NCBI RefSeq assembly: GCF_964194025.1
Contig: NC_134473.1
Location: 73,594,001 to 73,658,000 of the forward strand
Length of the DNA stretch: 64,000 nt
Source: Convolutriloba macropyga
Lineage: Eukaryota
Direction: 5' to 3'
How positions within the stretch are numbered: the stretch's first letter is position 1; every line of letters begins with the position of its first letter. The notes under the pieces are model-generated. The model made no database searches, was not told the origin of the DNA, and was given only the letters and a program-made list of their open reading frames with translations. Below, piece by piece: positions 24,396 to 37,300 of this stretch. A program made the translations under genes and the position numbers.

Positions 24396-25767
24396 CCCGG
24401 GCCGAGGGGTCAATGCTTAAAAACAAAAAAATGTAAGATTGGATGTTAATGCGTTGGATTTATGTAAAACCTACGCTTGAGCATAAAACTTAAAGCGCAT
24501 AAATTCCGTGCATATTTTTGCGTAGATCTTAAACAATTTTGCTTTGATTTTAGAACTGATCATACATAATTTTGCAAAGAGTTTAGAGAAGATCCTACAT
24601 AAAGTCGATGCATTCGCCACCAATCTTATATAATTTGGCGTTTAAAAGCGTAAATCTTACATATTTTTGCGTTAAATTTAACGAAGATCTTACATAATTA
24701 CATAATTCTGCGTTATTAGGCGAAGATCTTGCAAAATTTTGAGTTGATTTTAGAGTTGATCTTCTATGATTTTGCGTTGAATTTAGCATAGATCTTACAT
24801 AATTTTCGTTGAATTTAGCGTAAATCTTTCATAATTTTGCGTTAATTTTAGCGAAAATATTACATAATTACATAAATCTGCGTTTTCAAGCGTAGATTTT
24901 ACAAAAGTTTGAGTTGATTTCAGAGTTGATTTTACATAATTTTGCGTTGACTTTAGAGAGGATTCTACATAAAGTCGATGCATTCGCCACCAACATTATA
25001 TAGTTTGGCGTTTAAAAGCGTAGATCTTACATAACTGTGCGTTGAATTTAGGGTAGATCTTACATAATTTTTGTTGAATTTAGCGTAAATCTTACATTTT
25101 TTGCATTAGATTTAGCGAAGATCTTACATAATTACATAATTCTGCGTTTTTAGGCGTAGATCTTGAGTTGATTTGAGTTGATTTTAGAGTTGATCTTCCA
25201 TAATTTTTTTTGCGTTGAGTTTAGCGTTGATCTTACGTTAAGTGAACGCATTCGCCACCAATCTTGTTTAATTTGGCGTTTTTAAGCGTGGATCTTACAT
25301 AATCTTGCGTTGCATTTAGCGTAGATCTTACATAAATTTGCGTTGAAAATAGAGTTGATCTCACATAATTCTGCGCTTAATTCAGTGTAGATCGTAAAAT
25401 CGCGCAAAAGATCATCGCGTAGATCGCAAAATTATTAAAATCTACGCTAAGTTCAACGCAAAATTATGTAAGATCTACGCTTAGAAACGCAAAATAATTT
25501 AAGATTGGCTGTGAATGCGTTGAATTTATGTAAGATCTGCGCTAATTTCATCGCAAAAATGTGTAAGATAAGTGGTTACTAGCGTTGACATGTCCGGAAA
25601 ATCGCCGCAATTTTCTTACATGTTTTTTGGGGAATGCGTTGAATTTAGAGACGTATCTTTAATGCATTCAACGCAAAACTTTGTAAGAAAATTGCGGTGA
25701 TTTTTCCGACTTGTCAACGCTAGTTACCGCTATCATAAGTAATTTTGGCACAGTTCCTCGGCCTGGG
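24396..25767. mobile_element. Non-autonomous TIR element (EnSpm/CACTA-like) filled with ~31-33-bp repeats
   Basis: Termini CCCGGGCCGAGG ... CCTCGGCCTGGG (11/12 inverted match). Array of tagatcttacataattttgcgttgaatttagcg units that switches orientation near 25420; long hairpin 25573-25730; no clean TSD. Confidence 0.7.
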
Positions 25768-25899
25768 CTACAGGGAAACAATCCGCACGAACAAATTCAC
25801 CTGTTTTTTGTAACAGAGGCCTCGACTCCTCAACCACAAGAGAAAAATCAATGATCTTTTATTGGAATTTTATGAAATTAATGATGTTTTTGGAAAAAA

Positions 25900-28300
25900 T
25901 GTAATAGTTTTCGTTGACTGGCTCAGGAGCACCAATCGTTCCATTAACCAGCAAAGGATCCTCCATTTGGAAAAAAACTTATAAACTCGAATTGGAATAA
26001 ATTAGAGTTAGTTCAAAACTTCAAAACTAATGGATTTAGATGTTTCCGTTTGGTGTAACTGATTAAAAGTACACGGAAATGCATTACAATTTTATGATGC
26101 TGTAAATGAAGTTAAACCAGTTGACGGTTGTGGGAATTTTGAGAAAGAATGAAACCCATTTTTTTATTCATAAGCTGCATCGGATGATGAAATAAAGGCT
26201 TATAATCAATTGATTCTTTTTTCTGTTGTTCTGTTGCATGCTTTTTATTGGTTGACCATATCAAAAACCGGTAGAAGTAATGACTTCCGAAACTTTTCTT
26301 TAATGAAATTTTTGTTGTATATAAAAACTTAGCAGTTTAGCGGTAAACATTTTACAATTCCTTCCCTAGTTTAAAACTAATGCCAATTTTGCAAACATTT
26401 GCAAAGTTTAGCTTGATAATGCCAAATTTGTAAAAAAAATAGCAAATTATCTCTTCGCAAATCCCATTGAGTTTCTCGGAATTAATAGATAATTTTATGC
26501 AAAAACTTTATTGATATGTAATATTACTTTGTCTTACAGTAGTTTTTTACGAGATTATTTGCTGTTTCAGCAATTGTTGACCCGTAACTTATCTCGTTAA
26601 TGACAGGTCTCATACATTTTCTCTTAGAAAACCAAAAGATCTGTCCTTTGAGTTTAAATTGCTCTATTAGTATTTTCTACCCTAATATTAGTTTTTGTAA
26701 TTCAGATGAGGAAAAAATTATACCAAAGCTTATTTTTTGCAGATTAAAAAAGCACTCAATTAAATTTAGCTCTTTAATTGGAGTCAGATAGCAACGCAAA
26801 CTATTAACAACAAAACTTTAGTTCTGAAAACTTTATTTAATTCTTTTAAACAGATTTTGGTATTAAAATTTCACATTTTTGATTTTGTTGCATGTTGGAA
26901 AAAAAAGGAAACAACCTAGGATAGCCTATAAACGCAACGGCCAGGACGTGCGCAAGGATTTACATGGCTTTGTGTTCAATTCATTATTTTTTGAAAATCC
27001 CGTATTTGCCAAACGTTCTGTTTCTACCTTTGGATATTTTCTTTCTCATTTGTTTTCACCGAAGTTTTTTGAAGACATTTAGCGAAAAAAATGTCGAACA
27101 ACCAATCGTTGTAATTTTTGAGGACATTGAGCAAAAAATTATTGAACACTTAATTGGTTGTGATTACAATGAGGCCAAAAATTTTGAGGAAAAGTGCTTT
27201 CTAATTTTATTCGTTTTCTTTTCGATTTCTTTTGCTCTAATTATTTTCGTTCATTTTTCATACATGTAGCAGAGTCGTATAATGACGAACAAAAAAGTGT
27301 TTTCAATAGCTGATATTCAACGCGTTGGTAATTGTCTTGATCGTAAATCAGCGCCTGTTTTCATAGTTTTATTCCCATAAGATTTCTTTCTGGCCCTGTT
27401 TTGTTTTGTAAGGTAAATTCACAATTTTTAACACTTGTAGCTCAAACTGAAAAGTCAATTCATAAAAATGATTTTATTTTTTATCGGTTAAAAAAGATCA
27501 GAAAGTCTGCCTAAATATTTTAACTTTTTCAATGTCAAAATTTAAAGGGCGTTAAATGTTTTGATTTTTGCGCCATCTGTATATATGAATTATTATTGAT
27601 TTCTTAGCTAACAGCATATTAGTTAACTTTTTTCGTCTTCAAATTTAGTGTGCTAAAGGACAGTCCCCATCTGTTTTAATGTAAAACTTTTAACAACATG
27701 TTTAATTGTTTGATTGTGCAGTTGAAATGTCGTTGTCTTGATCATAAAATGTTAATTAGGGATTCATCTTGCTCTAATTATTGTTTTTTTTGTCTCTTTG
27801 ATCAAACTGTTTAATGGCAGCAGCCACTGGCGTTAATTGGGAGATACGAAAATTAACTAATGTTAAAAGCCAATAAATTTTATGTCTTTTGAGTTTATCA
27901 CAACGTATAAACAGGAAATTTTTGATAATTTTGCATCTTTTTGTGGTCACATCATCGCCCTCATGGTCTGATCAGCGTAGCACAATTGTATTTTCCAAAT
28001 ATCTTAATTTATTATCTAATGGAATTTTGAATTTGTGATTTTTGGAAACGTAAAGTATAATGAATTGTCAAATGTTGTATTTTTTTCCTCGTCCAGTTAT
28101 TAATGACAATTATTGACATATGTCACTAATGAAGTTTCCTAAAATTTTATTTTGGTTTCAGTTCATTTCAGGCGCTTTTAACAGCTTCAATTTTTCTCTG
28201 TCAGAATGTAAAGGTGTTTGTTGAATTTTTTTTTCTTATCTTTGTTTCTTGTTTTTATCTTTTCGTTATTTTCGTTTTAAGAATGTCTCCTCATTTGTTC
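25900..28300 (-). mobile_element. Possible highly decayed LINE (APE + RT)
   Basis: Only scattered motif remnants in plausible order on the minus strand: SDH ~27965, KTGPE ~27395, FDMVN ~26255, SYTKRK ~26050. Confidence 0.25.
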
Positions 28301-28689
28301 ATTAGGCTATAATCAACGTCTCTGATGTCTAAAACCAATAGTCTGTACACCTATCAAACATTCTTGCACTCTGACATGGTTAAATTTCTCAAAACGTAGA
28401 AAAAGTTGTTTTTAGCATATTTATCTTTTTTTCCCTGTTTTTTATTGGTGTATAAGTTTTTTAATTTTAAACGTTGTTTTTCTAAGGAGGTTGATAGCAA
28501 GTTCATTAGTTTTTCCATTTGATAGGGTAGTGTTTCTTGACTCGTTTCTGCTATGTTTTTACTCCTTCGTCTTCCTCCATTTGTGTTTCAAACGTCTAAC
28601 AACGCGTAGTCAAAGTATAACTCGATGGATGAGTTTCGGCAGCTTTACAGAAAAAAGATCGTGGTCTCGAGTTGATCAAAATTTCCTGT

Positions 28690-29132
28690 GAAGGGGACCG
28701 GCCTCTGATATCAGCTGGACTCATTTTTCTGATCACAGCTATCAGACTTTAGATAAGTCTCTGATCAGAACGCTGCTTTATTGTTGCCTCTTGGCAGAGC
28801 CAACATCTCTCAGTAAAAAAAAACAAAAAAATGAAAAAAAATAAGGCGCTCGAAATGGTCCCTGATCAGACCCAATTGCTTTCGAACACATTTCTGATCA
28901 GACCAAAGTGCACTCGAAGAGGTTATGATCAGACCCAATTGCGCTCGAAATTGCCTCTGATCAGACTTTTCAGACCAAATTGACCTCTGATCAGACCATC
29001 TCCAGACCATGGTCCAGACTGTAGTGCGCTCGAACTTCCGTCCAGACCCTGTAATTTCGGTCTGGGAACACTCGAGTGTGCGCTCGACTGGGTCTGATCA
29101 TAAACCAATTTGGGTCTGAACCTCAACCTGGG
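28690..29132. mobile_element. CCCAGG-family element end with ~32-bp subterminal repeats (GCGCTCGAA-n-TGATCAGACC)
   Basis: Ends CCTCAACCTGGG; related pieces at 19540-19700, 31435-31575 and 34360-34455. Confidence 0.65.
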
Positions 29133-30455
29133 TCTTGATGCCTTCTTCAGCTTGGCGGCTAGGTTTGCGTGCTCATTTTTTGCGCTACCAAAATCAGGTT
29201 TTCCTTGGTAAAATGTTTTTTTTGCACAATTGCATTAGTGTCTATTTCAGTTTTCAACCCAACTTTTTAATCAGCTCCAGTTTATCCCTTCTATCCCAAT
29301 TTGTCTGTTATCAATATCACTGTTATACATGTCAGAGATTCCTTTCGAATCCATCCAGTTATTATAAATTACTTAGAATCAATTACTGCGAAAGAATTTC
29401 GAAGATTCCTATCTTTGCTTCCTCTGGTACATAAATCAGCCAAATTTAGAATAAGAGGGGTCGGATCATTATGGGTAAACGCACATAACCGGGCCTTCTT
29501 GCCCTATAAATTATCCTTTTGAAAAAAAAAATCATCATGGCTCAGCAAAAAAAATTAGTTTTTTTTTTTAAGATTAAAAACGAGTATCAAACTTATTGCA
29601 GCACATAAGCGAAGCAGTTTTTTTCCGAAATCTGCACCTGCGAGGGGGAAATGTAACAGCTAAACAGGTAAAATGCAGCAACTGATGTAATATGCCAAAG
29701 CAATGATTATGGGAAGGTTGAAAACTGGTGGATGTAAAACAATTAGAAACAGAAAATTATTTGCTTTCGAAAACTGTGTTCAATGCTAAAATCTATTGAT
29801 ATTGACATTTTTCTGACCAAACTCAGTTATTCTCGAAACACTTGTAAGTAGAGCAAAACTTTTTTTAAATAAATACAGAATGAAGCATTTCAAAATAAAC
29901 TTTGAAAGCAACGACTGATGTTTTTTCAATACATTTTTTTAGTGGATACCCCGTTTGTCATTGTGTCTGACGTCATGTATGATCCCCGTATGATTACTAA
30001 GAAGTGACAACCCGTGTTGAAAATATTCTAAAAAGAGTTTTCACGAGAACAGACAAACTTCGCTTGATTTTATGATCAAAACCTGTTTCGAGCGATATTT
30101 GACTTCTCACTTTTGTTCAAAAAACGTTTCAATGATAACCGCCAAAAACATTTCTTTTCTCTGTCATTTTTTCATGCTGAATTAATTCATCAAAATCAAA
30201 ATTCATTCAAGCTTTCCTAATTATTTCAACCCGAAATTGACACCTGTGGATGATCAGCTGACCTTTATCAACAGCCTTTTTTGTGCCTTTTACCCAGAAA
30301 CTGTTCTGTATTTGGTTGTATTAACTGCAATTTATAAACTTTGAAATTTACAGAATATTCAAGCAAATTAGCACCCTATACTTTTACAAAGTAAAAATCT
30401 AATTTTTGACGCAAAGTTACTCCAATTTGAAATCACTTATTTAAAAAAAATGCAA

Positions 30456-30620
30456 GGATCTATTCTGTTTTGCCCCCCCCCACCCCAGCTTAGTGGACTC
30501 ATATTTTTACGCCCCCGGGCTCACGTGCTATTTTTTACATAGTAACGTGCTATATAACAACTTATAATTTGTAACTGGGGGGCGTAAAAAACAATGGGGG
30601 GTCCAAAACAGAATAGATCC
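30456..30620. mobile_element. 165-bp MITE, Merlin-like
   Basis: Perfect 17-bp TIR GGATCTATTCTGTTTTG; 8-bp TSD AAATGCAA/AAATGCGA (1 mismatch). GG termini with an 8-9-bp TSD fit the Merlin superfamily. Confidence 0.78.
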
Positions 30621-30753
30621 AAATGCGATGGTCATTCACTAAGCTAGTGACCTTGTCTAGGTGTGGTTTTGACTTAAACGTAAGACTAACTATAACCAGA
30701 TATCCTATTGTCAAAAACCAAAATTAGATTTTTTACTTCGTATAAAAACTAAA

Positions 30754-30910
30754 CCCCCCCCCCCCCCCCCCCCCCCAGCTTTGAGCATAAATTTTTTATG
30801 ACCCCCCCCCCCCACGTGCTATTTTCCTACATAGTAACGTGCTATATAACAACATATAATTTGTAATTGGGTCTCATAGAACACACTGGGGGGGGGGACA
30901 GAATAGATCT
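30754..30910. mobile_element. Second copy of the same MITE lacking its left TIR
   Basis: Same internal sequence (cacgtgctatttt...acatagtaacgtgctatataacaac) and right end ACAGAATAGATCT. Confidence 0.7.
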
Positions 30911-31022
30911 ATTAGATTTTTACTTCGCATAAAAAAGAATAACTTGGTATAAAAACAAACAGGGTAAAACTTTAGGGTGCTAACTTGCTTCTGATGCTTA
31001 GTAAACAACGTGGTATAGAAAA

Positions 31023-31320
31023 ATGTGCAACAAACCGATATCTCTATGTTGCATTTTCGTCGTGAACTTGGTAGCCCTATTATTATGCGTGGTTGCATTC
31101 AGCTTTACAATTTGGGCACACTCGACCAACAAACTGGACATTCTCCAAGGGGTTCCGGGTCTTGAGTTGAAAGCGAAAGATGTCGACACCATCTACTATG
31201 TTGCTTATGGGATTTTTGGGGGACTTGCAGTGGTCTGTATAATTGGAATTGTTGCGTGTTGCTGTTGCCAGAAATGCTGTATGACAGTTTATGCAATTTT
31301 GGTAATCATCATAAAAATTG
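31023..31320 (+). CDS. Tetraspanin exon 1 (TM1, EC1, TM2, start of TM3)
   Basis: ATG at 31023, GTGAGT donor at 31321; MCNKPISLCCIFVVNLVALLL...ACCCCQKCCMTVYAILV. Confidence 0.9.
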
Positions 31321-34300
31321 GTGAGTTTTTGTTACATTTTTGGTTCCAATTACTGCCAAATTATCGGCGGCCAGTTCGAGGTAGCCAGACCGATGTGACT
31401 TCTAATCACACCGTCTTTGATGGTATATGCGTACGATGCGCTCGAATTACGTGGTCTGGAAAATGCTCCAAACGCATTCTAGTCTGGACAATGGTCTGGA
31501 ACTTGTCTGACCAGAAGTCGCCTGTCTGGCACGGTCTGATCAGAGACGATTTCGGTGTGGACCTCAAACTATAGACGAGGCTTTTCAAAAAAAGGATATT
31601 GACAATAATCAATTTTTACGATCTTTAACAAAGTTAAAGTTTTCAATAGCTTTTCTTTTCATGGTAAATATGCATTTTTTCTGATGATTATCTTCGTGAA
31701 GTTGTACAATCAATTTTTTTTCCAATTTTAGAGGAACCTAGACATTACCACCACAAAATTAAATGAAATAAATTTAAAAAGAAATTGGTCACGGTAAACC
31801 GCTTGTTTTTGAAGAGCGCCAACTGCTTAGAATATGAAAGCACGCAGCTAAGAATACAATTTCGCGATTTTGTTTTAATAACGAGCGTACTAGGTTCTAG
31901 AAAAGTGTCCTTTTAAATATATTTAATTATTTGATTGTTTGTCATTCAGGTAGATTGGTAATCTAAATTGAAGTTTAAATTTTTAGCAATGATAGCGCTG
32001 TTCATTGGGTGGATAATTGTGTTTGCAATTGCAATTGTGAAACTAGAAGGTCAACTAGGTGACCTCCTCCTGAAATACCAGTCGGAGTACGCCACCAACA
32101 AGGAGTCCATTGCCACTAATCTTCTTCAGGTATTCAAGTCAACCCAAAATTGTTCCCGAAATGGCTAAAGATGATTTAAAATTTTTTGACTGAGCTTATT
32201 GTATTCAATTCATAAATTAAAAGTTTTCAGACCTCTTAAATATGACTTGTTGAACCGATTTTTTGCCTCAACTATAATTACTCGATTCTAGCAAACTTCA
32301 TTGAGGACCCGTTGAAAGTGTCATCCAAAAGTTTTACAAAAGTTCGTGCATCTGTATGTGTCTGTTAAAGAATCATTGCGAGAAAACTGTTCACTTTTTT
32401 TCTATTAAAATTTCACAATAACAACGAACTGATCCAACATAAACCGATTGTCTTGTCTATTTTATTTGTGATTTTATTTAATTTATTATATTTATTAATA
32501 GCCGCACAGCGATAGCTGGGGCTATTATTGGCCTTCTCGTGGTTTTTTACAATTCAAAAAATTTTTACAATTCATAGAATTTGAATTGTTTTGGGGCGCT
32601 GTCTTTTTTTAAGATCTGTTCACACATTTTCATGATTTTTGAAGTCAAATTGGAGTAGTGATTTTGGTCACGCCGAAACAAGAAGTGGAGCGAAAAAGCG
32701 AGTGGTTTTGCGGCGTGAATTTGTTTTGCTCTATTTTTAAAGTAGAGTGCGAAAATGGTGTTTGAACAAAAATTCGGTTTCTTGGTAGTGGTTTTTTGTT
32801 CACATGCGGCAATTTCACTCTGATTTTTACTGTTTTTTCAATTGTTTGGATTGCATTTTTTCTAAATGGTTTTCCCAATCCATTCAAAGCTCATTCTAGG
32901 CCTAGTTTTTTGTTTGAAATAAATTTTCATTTCTCGCTAATGGTTTTTTTCTCTTCACATGCGGCAATTTGACATTGATTTTTTGGTTTTTTTCCTATTT
33001 TTTGATCTGATTTTTTTATAAATGGTTTTCTCAAATCAGTCATAGTCCATTCTTGGTCTGGTTATTCTGTTTAGTCAATGAAAATTCTTTGAATTGTACG
33101 TCAGGACTTGTCCTGCTATGTTTTTTTATTTCGCCGTCGTGATTTTTGTTACGACCATATGACGTCACAGCCACTTTTTGTTCCTTCGTTCATGCAATTT
33201 CAACTGAATTGCATGTGTCACGCCATTTTTCGCTCTTAGTGGAGCGAATTTTTTTGTTCATGCGCGTGATTAATTTTTTGGTCACACTTGACTTACCTCA
33301 CTCTCGAAAATAACTTCCTCACTTTGAAATTGACTTTTGTTTACTTTAATTCAAAGAGAAAAGGTCAAATGGGTGTGTGTCACTCTAAATGAATTTTATT
33401 TGAGATCAGCTAATAGAGGCATCAATAATTTATTTATTGCTCTCAAACGAAGTTTGTTGCAATTATATTAGTCCTCTTGGTCTTTTTTTATGCGACTTTT
33501 CGTTTGACCGATTTTTGTCTGACGCTTTTGACTTTTCGTCCTCAAAAACGAGATAAACAGGTAGCACCCAGCGGACATTAAGTGCTCTTAGGGTCTGTCA
33601 GCTCTGTTTCAGCTCAAACTATTTTGGAGACTCATACTTATACACATGGTGTGAAGGGCGTTTCTCAGAGGTTGAAGACACCCTCACTGTTGACCCCCCT
33701 ATTGCCCCAATCCCCCCAGTGTGCTGTTGCCAGCCCACCCCGGTGTTGCCCACCAATCAGCCCCCCCCCCCCCCCCCCCCCCCCCCCCCGTGGCCAGCTA
33801 CTGACGAATAACCGCTTGCAAAAAAAACGCAAGTTTATGAAATTTTGCAATTTTTTCAAGCTTTTTGAAAATTTTTGACATTTTTTTGATTTTTATCAGC
33901 CCTAGGTGTCAAGGAACCTCCTCTACGTTCTAAAAATAGGTTACTACGCGTAGTTTCTAGTGGTAATGTAATGGTTTCGACGTTTTTCCATCACGAATTT
34001 TAGCATTTCTCTGACAAAACGTGCAATTTTTTTAAAATTTTTTGACATTTTTTTTCTTTTTTCAGGTCTTTCTAGACCCAGGGGCCAGAAAACATCCTAT
34101 GGGGTTTAATAATAGGTTACTGACAAATTTTTAATGGTAATTGAATATCTTTCCAACATTTTAAAGTCACAAATTTTAGCAAATTTTTGATAAAACTTGC
34201 TTTTCATGTTTTTTTTTGAATTTTTTTGCCGTTTTTTAGCTTTTTCAGCCTTAAGAAACAAGGAACCCTCTCTAGGGTTTGATATTAAGTTTCTGAATAA

Positions 34301-37300
34301 TTTTTAGATTAAATGGAAGTTCGTGCAATATCTTTGCATCACGAATTTTAGCATAATTTAGTCTGGACAATGGTCTGGAACATGTCTGACCAGAAGTCGC
34401 TTCAGTCTTGGACGGTCTGATCAGAGACGATTTCGGCCTGGACCTCAACCTGGACGAGGCTTTTCGAAAAAACGATATTGACAATAATCAAATTTTACGA
34501 TCTTTAACAAAGTTAAAGTTTTCAATAGCTTTTCTTTTCATGGTAAATATGCATTTTTTCTGATGATTATCTTCGTGAAGTTGTACAATCAGTTTTTTTT
34601 TCCAATTTTAAAGGAACCTAGACATTACCACCACAAAATTAAATAAAATAAATTTAAAAAAAAATTGGTCACGGTAAACCGCTGGTTTTTGAAGAGCGCA
34701 AATATGAATATGAATATGAAAGCACGCAGCTAAGAATACAATTTCGCGATTTTGTTTTAATAACGAGCGTACTAGGTTCTAGAAAGGTGTCCTTTTAAAT
34801 ATATTTATTCATTTGATTGTTTGTCATTCAGGTAGATTGGAAATCTAAATTGAAGTTTGAATTTTTAGCAATGATAGCGCTGTTCATTGGGTGGATAATT
34901 GTGTTTGCAATTGCAATTGTGAAACTAGAAGGTCAACTAGCTGACCTCCTCCTCAAATACCAGTCGGAGTACGCCACCAACAAGGAGTCCATTGCCACTA
35001 ATCTTCTTCAGGTATTCAAGTCAACCCAAAATTGTTCCCGAAATGGCTAAAGATGATTTAAAATTTTTTGACTGAGCTTATTGTATTCAATTCATAAATT
35101 AAAAGTTTTCAGACCTCTTAAATATGACTTGTTGAACCGATTTTTTGCCTCAACTATAATTACTCGATTCTAGCAAACTTCATTGAGGACCCGTTGAAAG
35201 TGTCATCCAAAAGTTTTACAAAAGTTCGTGCATCTGTATGTGTCTGTTAAAGAATCATTGCGAGAAAACTGTTCACTTTTTTTCTATTAAAATTTCACAA
35301 TAACAACGAACTGATCCAACATAAACCGATTGTCTTGTCTATTTTATTTGTGATTTTATTTAATTTATTTTATTTATTAATAGCCGCACAGCGATAGCTG
35401 GGGCTATTATTGGCCTTCTCGTGGTTTTTTACAATTCAAAAAATTTTTACAATTCATAGAATTTGAATTGTTTTGGGGCGCTGTCTTTTTTTAAGATCTG
35501 TTCACACATTTTCATGATTTTTGAAGTCAAATTGGAGTAGTGATTTTGGTCACGCCAAAACAAGAAGTGGAGAGAAAAAGCGAGTGGTTTTGCGGCGTGA
35601 ATTTGTTTTGCTCTATTTTTAAAGTAGAGTGCGAAAATGGTGTTTGAACAAAAATTCGGTTTCTTGGTAGTTGTTTTTTGTTCACATGCGGCAATTTCAC
35701 TCTGATTTTTACTGTTTTTTCAATTTTTTGGATTGGATTTTTTCTAAATGGTTTTCCCAATCCATTCAAAGCTCATTCTAGGCCTAGTTTTTTGTTTGAA
35801 ATAAATTTTCATTTCTCGCTAATGGTTTTTTTCTCTTCACATGCGGCAATTTGACATTGATTTTTTGGTTTTTTTCCTTATTTTTTGATCTGATTTTTTT
35901 ATAAATGGTTTTCTCAAATCAGTCATAGTCCATTCTTGGTCTGGTTATTCTGTTTAGTCAATGAAAATTCTTTGAATTGTACGTCAGGACTTGTCCTGCT
36001 ATGTTTTTTTATTTCGCCGTTGTGATTTTTGTTACGACCATATGACGTCACAGCCACTTTTTGTTCCTTCGTTCATGCAATTTCAACTGAATTGCATGTG
36101 TCACGCCATTTTTTGCTCTTAGTGGAGCGAATTTTTTGTTCATGCGCGTGATTAATTTTTTGGTCACACTTGACTTACCTCACTCTCGAAAATAACTTCC
36201 TCACTTTGAAATTGACTTTTATTTACATTAATTCAAAGAGATAAGGTCAAATGGGTGTGTGTCACTCTAAATTAATTTTATTTGAGATCAGCTAATAGAG
36301 GCATCAATAATTTATTTATTGCTCTCAAACGAAGTTTGTTGCAATTATATTAGTCCTGTTGGTCTTTTTTTATGCGACTTTTTGTTTGACCGATTTTTGT
36401 CTGACGCTTTTGACTTTTCGTCCTCAAGACGGGATAAACAGGTAGCACCCAGCGGACATTAAGTGCTCTTAGGGTCTGTCAGCTCTGTTTCAGCTCAAAC
36501 TATTTTGGAGACTCATACTTATACACATGGTGTGAAGGGCGGTTCTTAGAGGTTGAAGACACCCCCACTGTTGACCCCCCTATTGCCCCCATCCACCCAG
36601 TGTGCTGTTGCCAGCCCACCCCGGTGTTGCCCCCCAATCAGCCCCCCGTGGCCAGCTACTGACGAATAACCGCTTGCTAAAAACGCAAGTTTATGAAATT
36701 TTGCAATTTTTTTCAAGCTTTTTGAAAATTTTTGACATTTTTTTGATTTTTATCAGCCCTAGGTGTCAAGGAACCTCCTCAACGTTCTAAAAATAGGTTA
36801 CTACGCGTAGTTTATAGTGGTAATGTAATGGTTTCGACGTTTTTCCATCACGAATTTTAGCATTTCTCTGACAAAACGTGCAATTTTTTTTAAAATTTTT
36901 TGACATTTTTTTTCTTTTTTCTGGTCTTTCTAGACCCAGGGGCCAGAAAACATCCTATGGGGTTTAATAATAGGTTACTGACAAATTTTTAATGGTAATT
37001 GAATATCTTTCCAACATTTTAATGTCACAAATTTTAGCAAATTTTTGATAAAACTTGCTTTTCATGTTTTTTTTTGAATTTTTTTGCCGTTTTTTAGCTT
37101 TTTCAGCCTTAAGAAACAAGGAACTCTCTCTAGGGTTTGATATTAAGTTTCTGAATAATTTTTAGATTAAATGGAAGTTCGTGCAATATCTTTGCATCAC
37201 GAATTTTAGCATAATTTTGATATTTTTTGCATTTTCCCTATTTTTACATTTATAGTCATTATTAAGATTTGTTGAGCCTCAAGGGTCAAAAAAATCTCCG

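Larger units (their letters stand above)
31480..37217. repeat. Tandem duplication of ~2.87 kb (31480-34358 and 34359-37217) containing tetraspanin exon 2
   Basis: Near-identical copies (about 98% by eye) joined at gcataattt|agtctggacaatgg. Confidence 0.93.

Noticed and set aside
24520-25390. ORFs 24595-24789 and 24795-24983 with repetitive STQN peptides
   Set aside because: They are translations of the ~32-bp tandem repeat, not genes.
28845-29000. CRISPR-like look of alternating constant and variable segments at ~32-bp period
   Set aside because: Variable parts are only 4-8 nt, repeats are degenerate, no cas genes, eukaryotic context, and it belongs to a dispersed TIR element.
20357-31023. 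Functional GPCR-tetraspanin divergent gene pair
   Set aside because: About 10.7 kb of TE-filled spacer and no evidence of a shared promoter; adjacency alone is uninformative.
31321-31574. ORF 31023-31574 as a single-exon 183-aa protein
   Set aside because: Past the GTGAGT donor at 31321 it is intron and transposon read-through; the spliced model restores the tetraspanin architecture.
33795-33830. CTGACGA motifs (also 42181, 44009) as hammerhead ribozyme cores
   Set aside because: No stem II plus GAAA and closing stems could be built around them.
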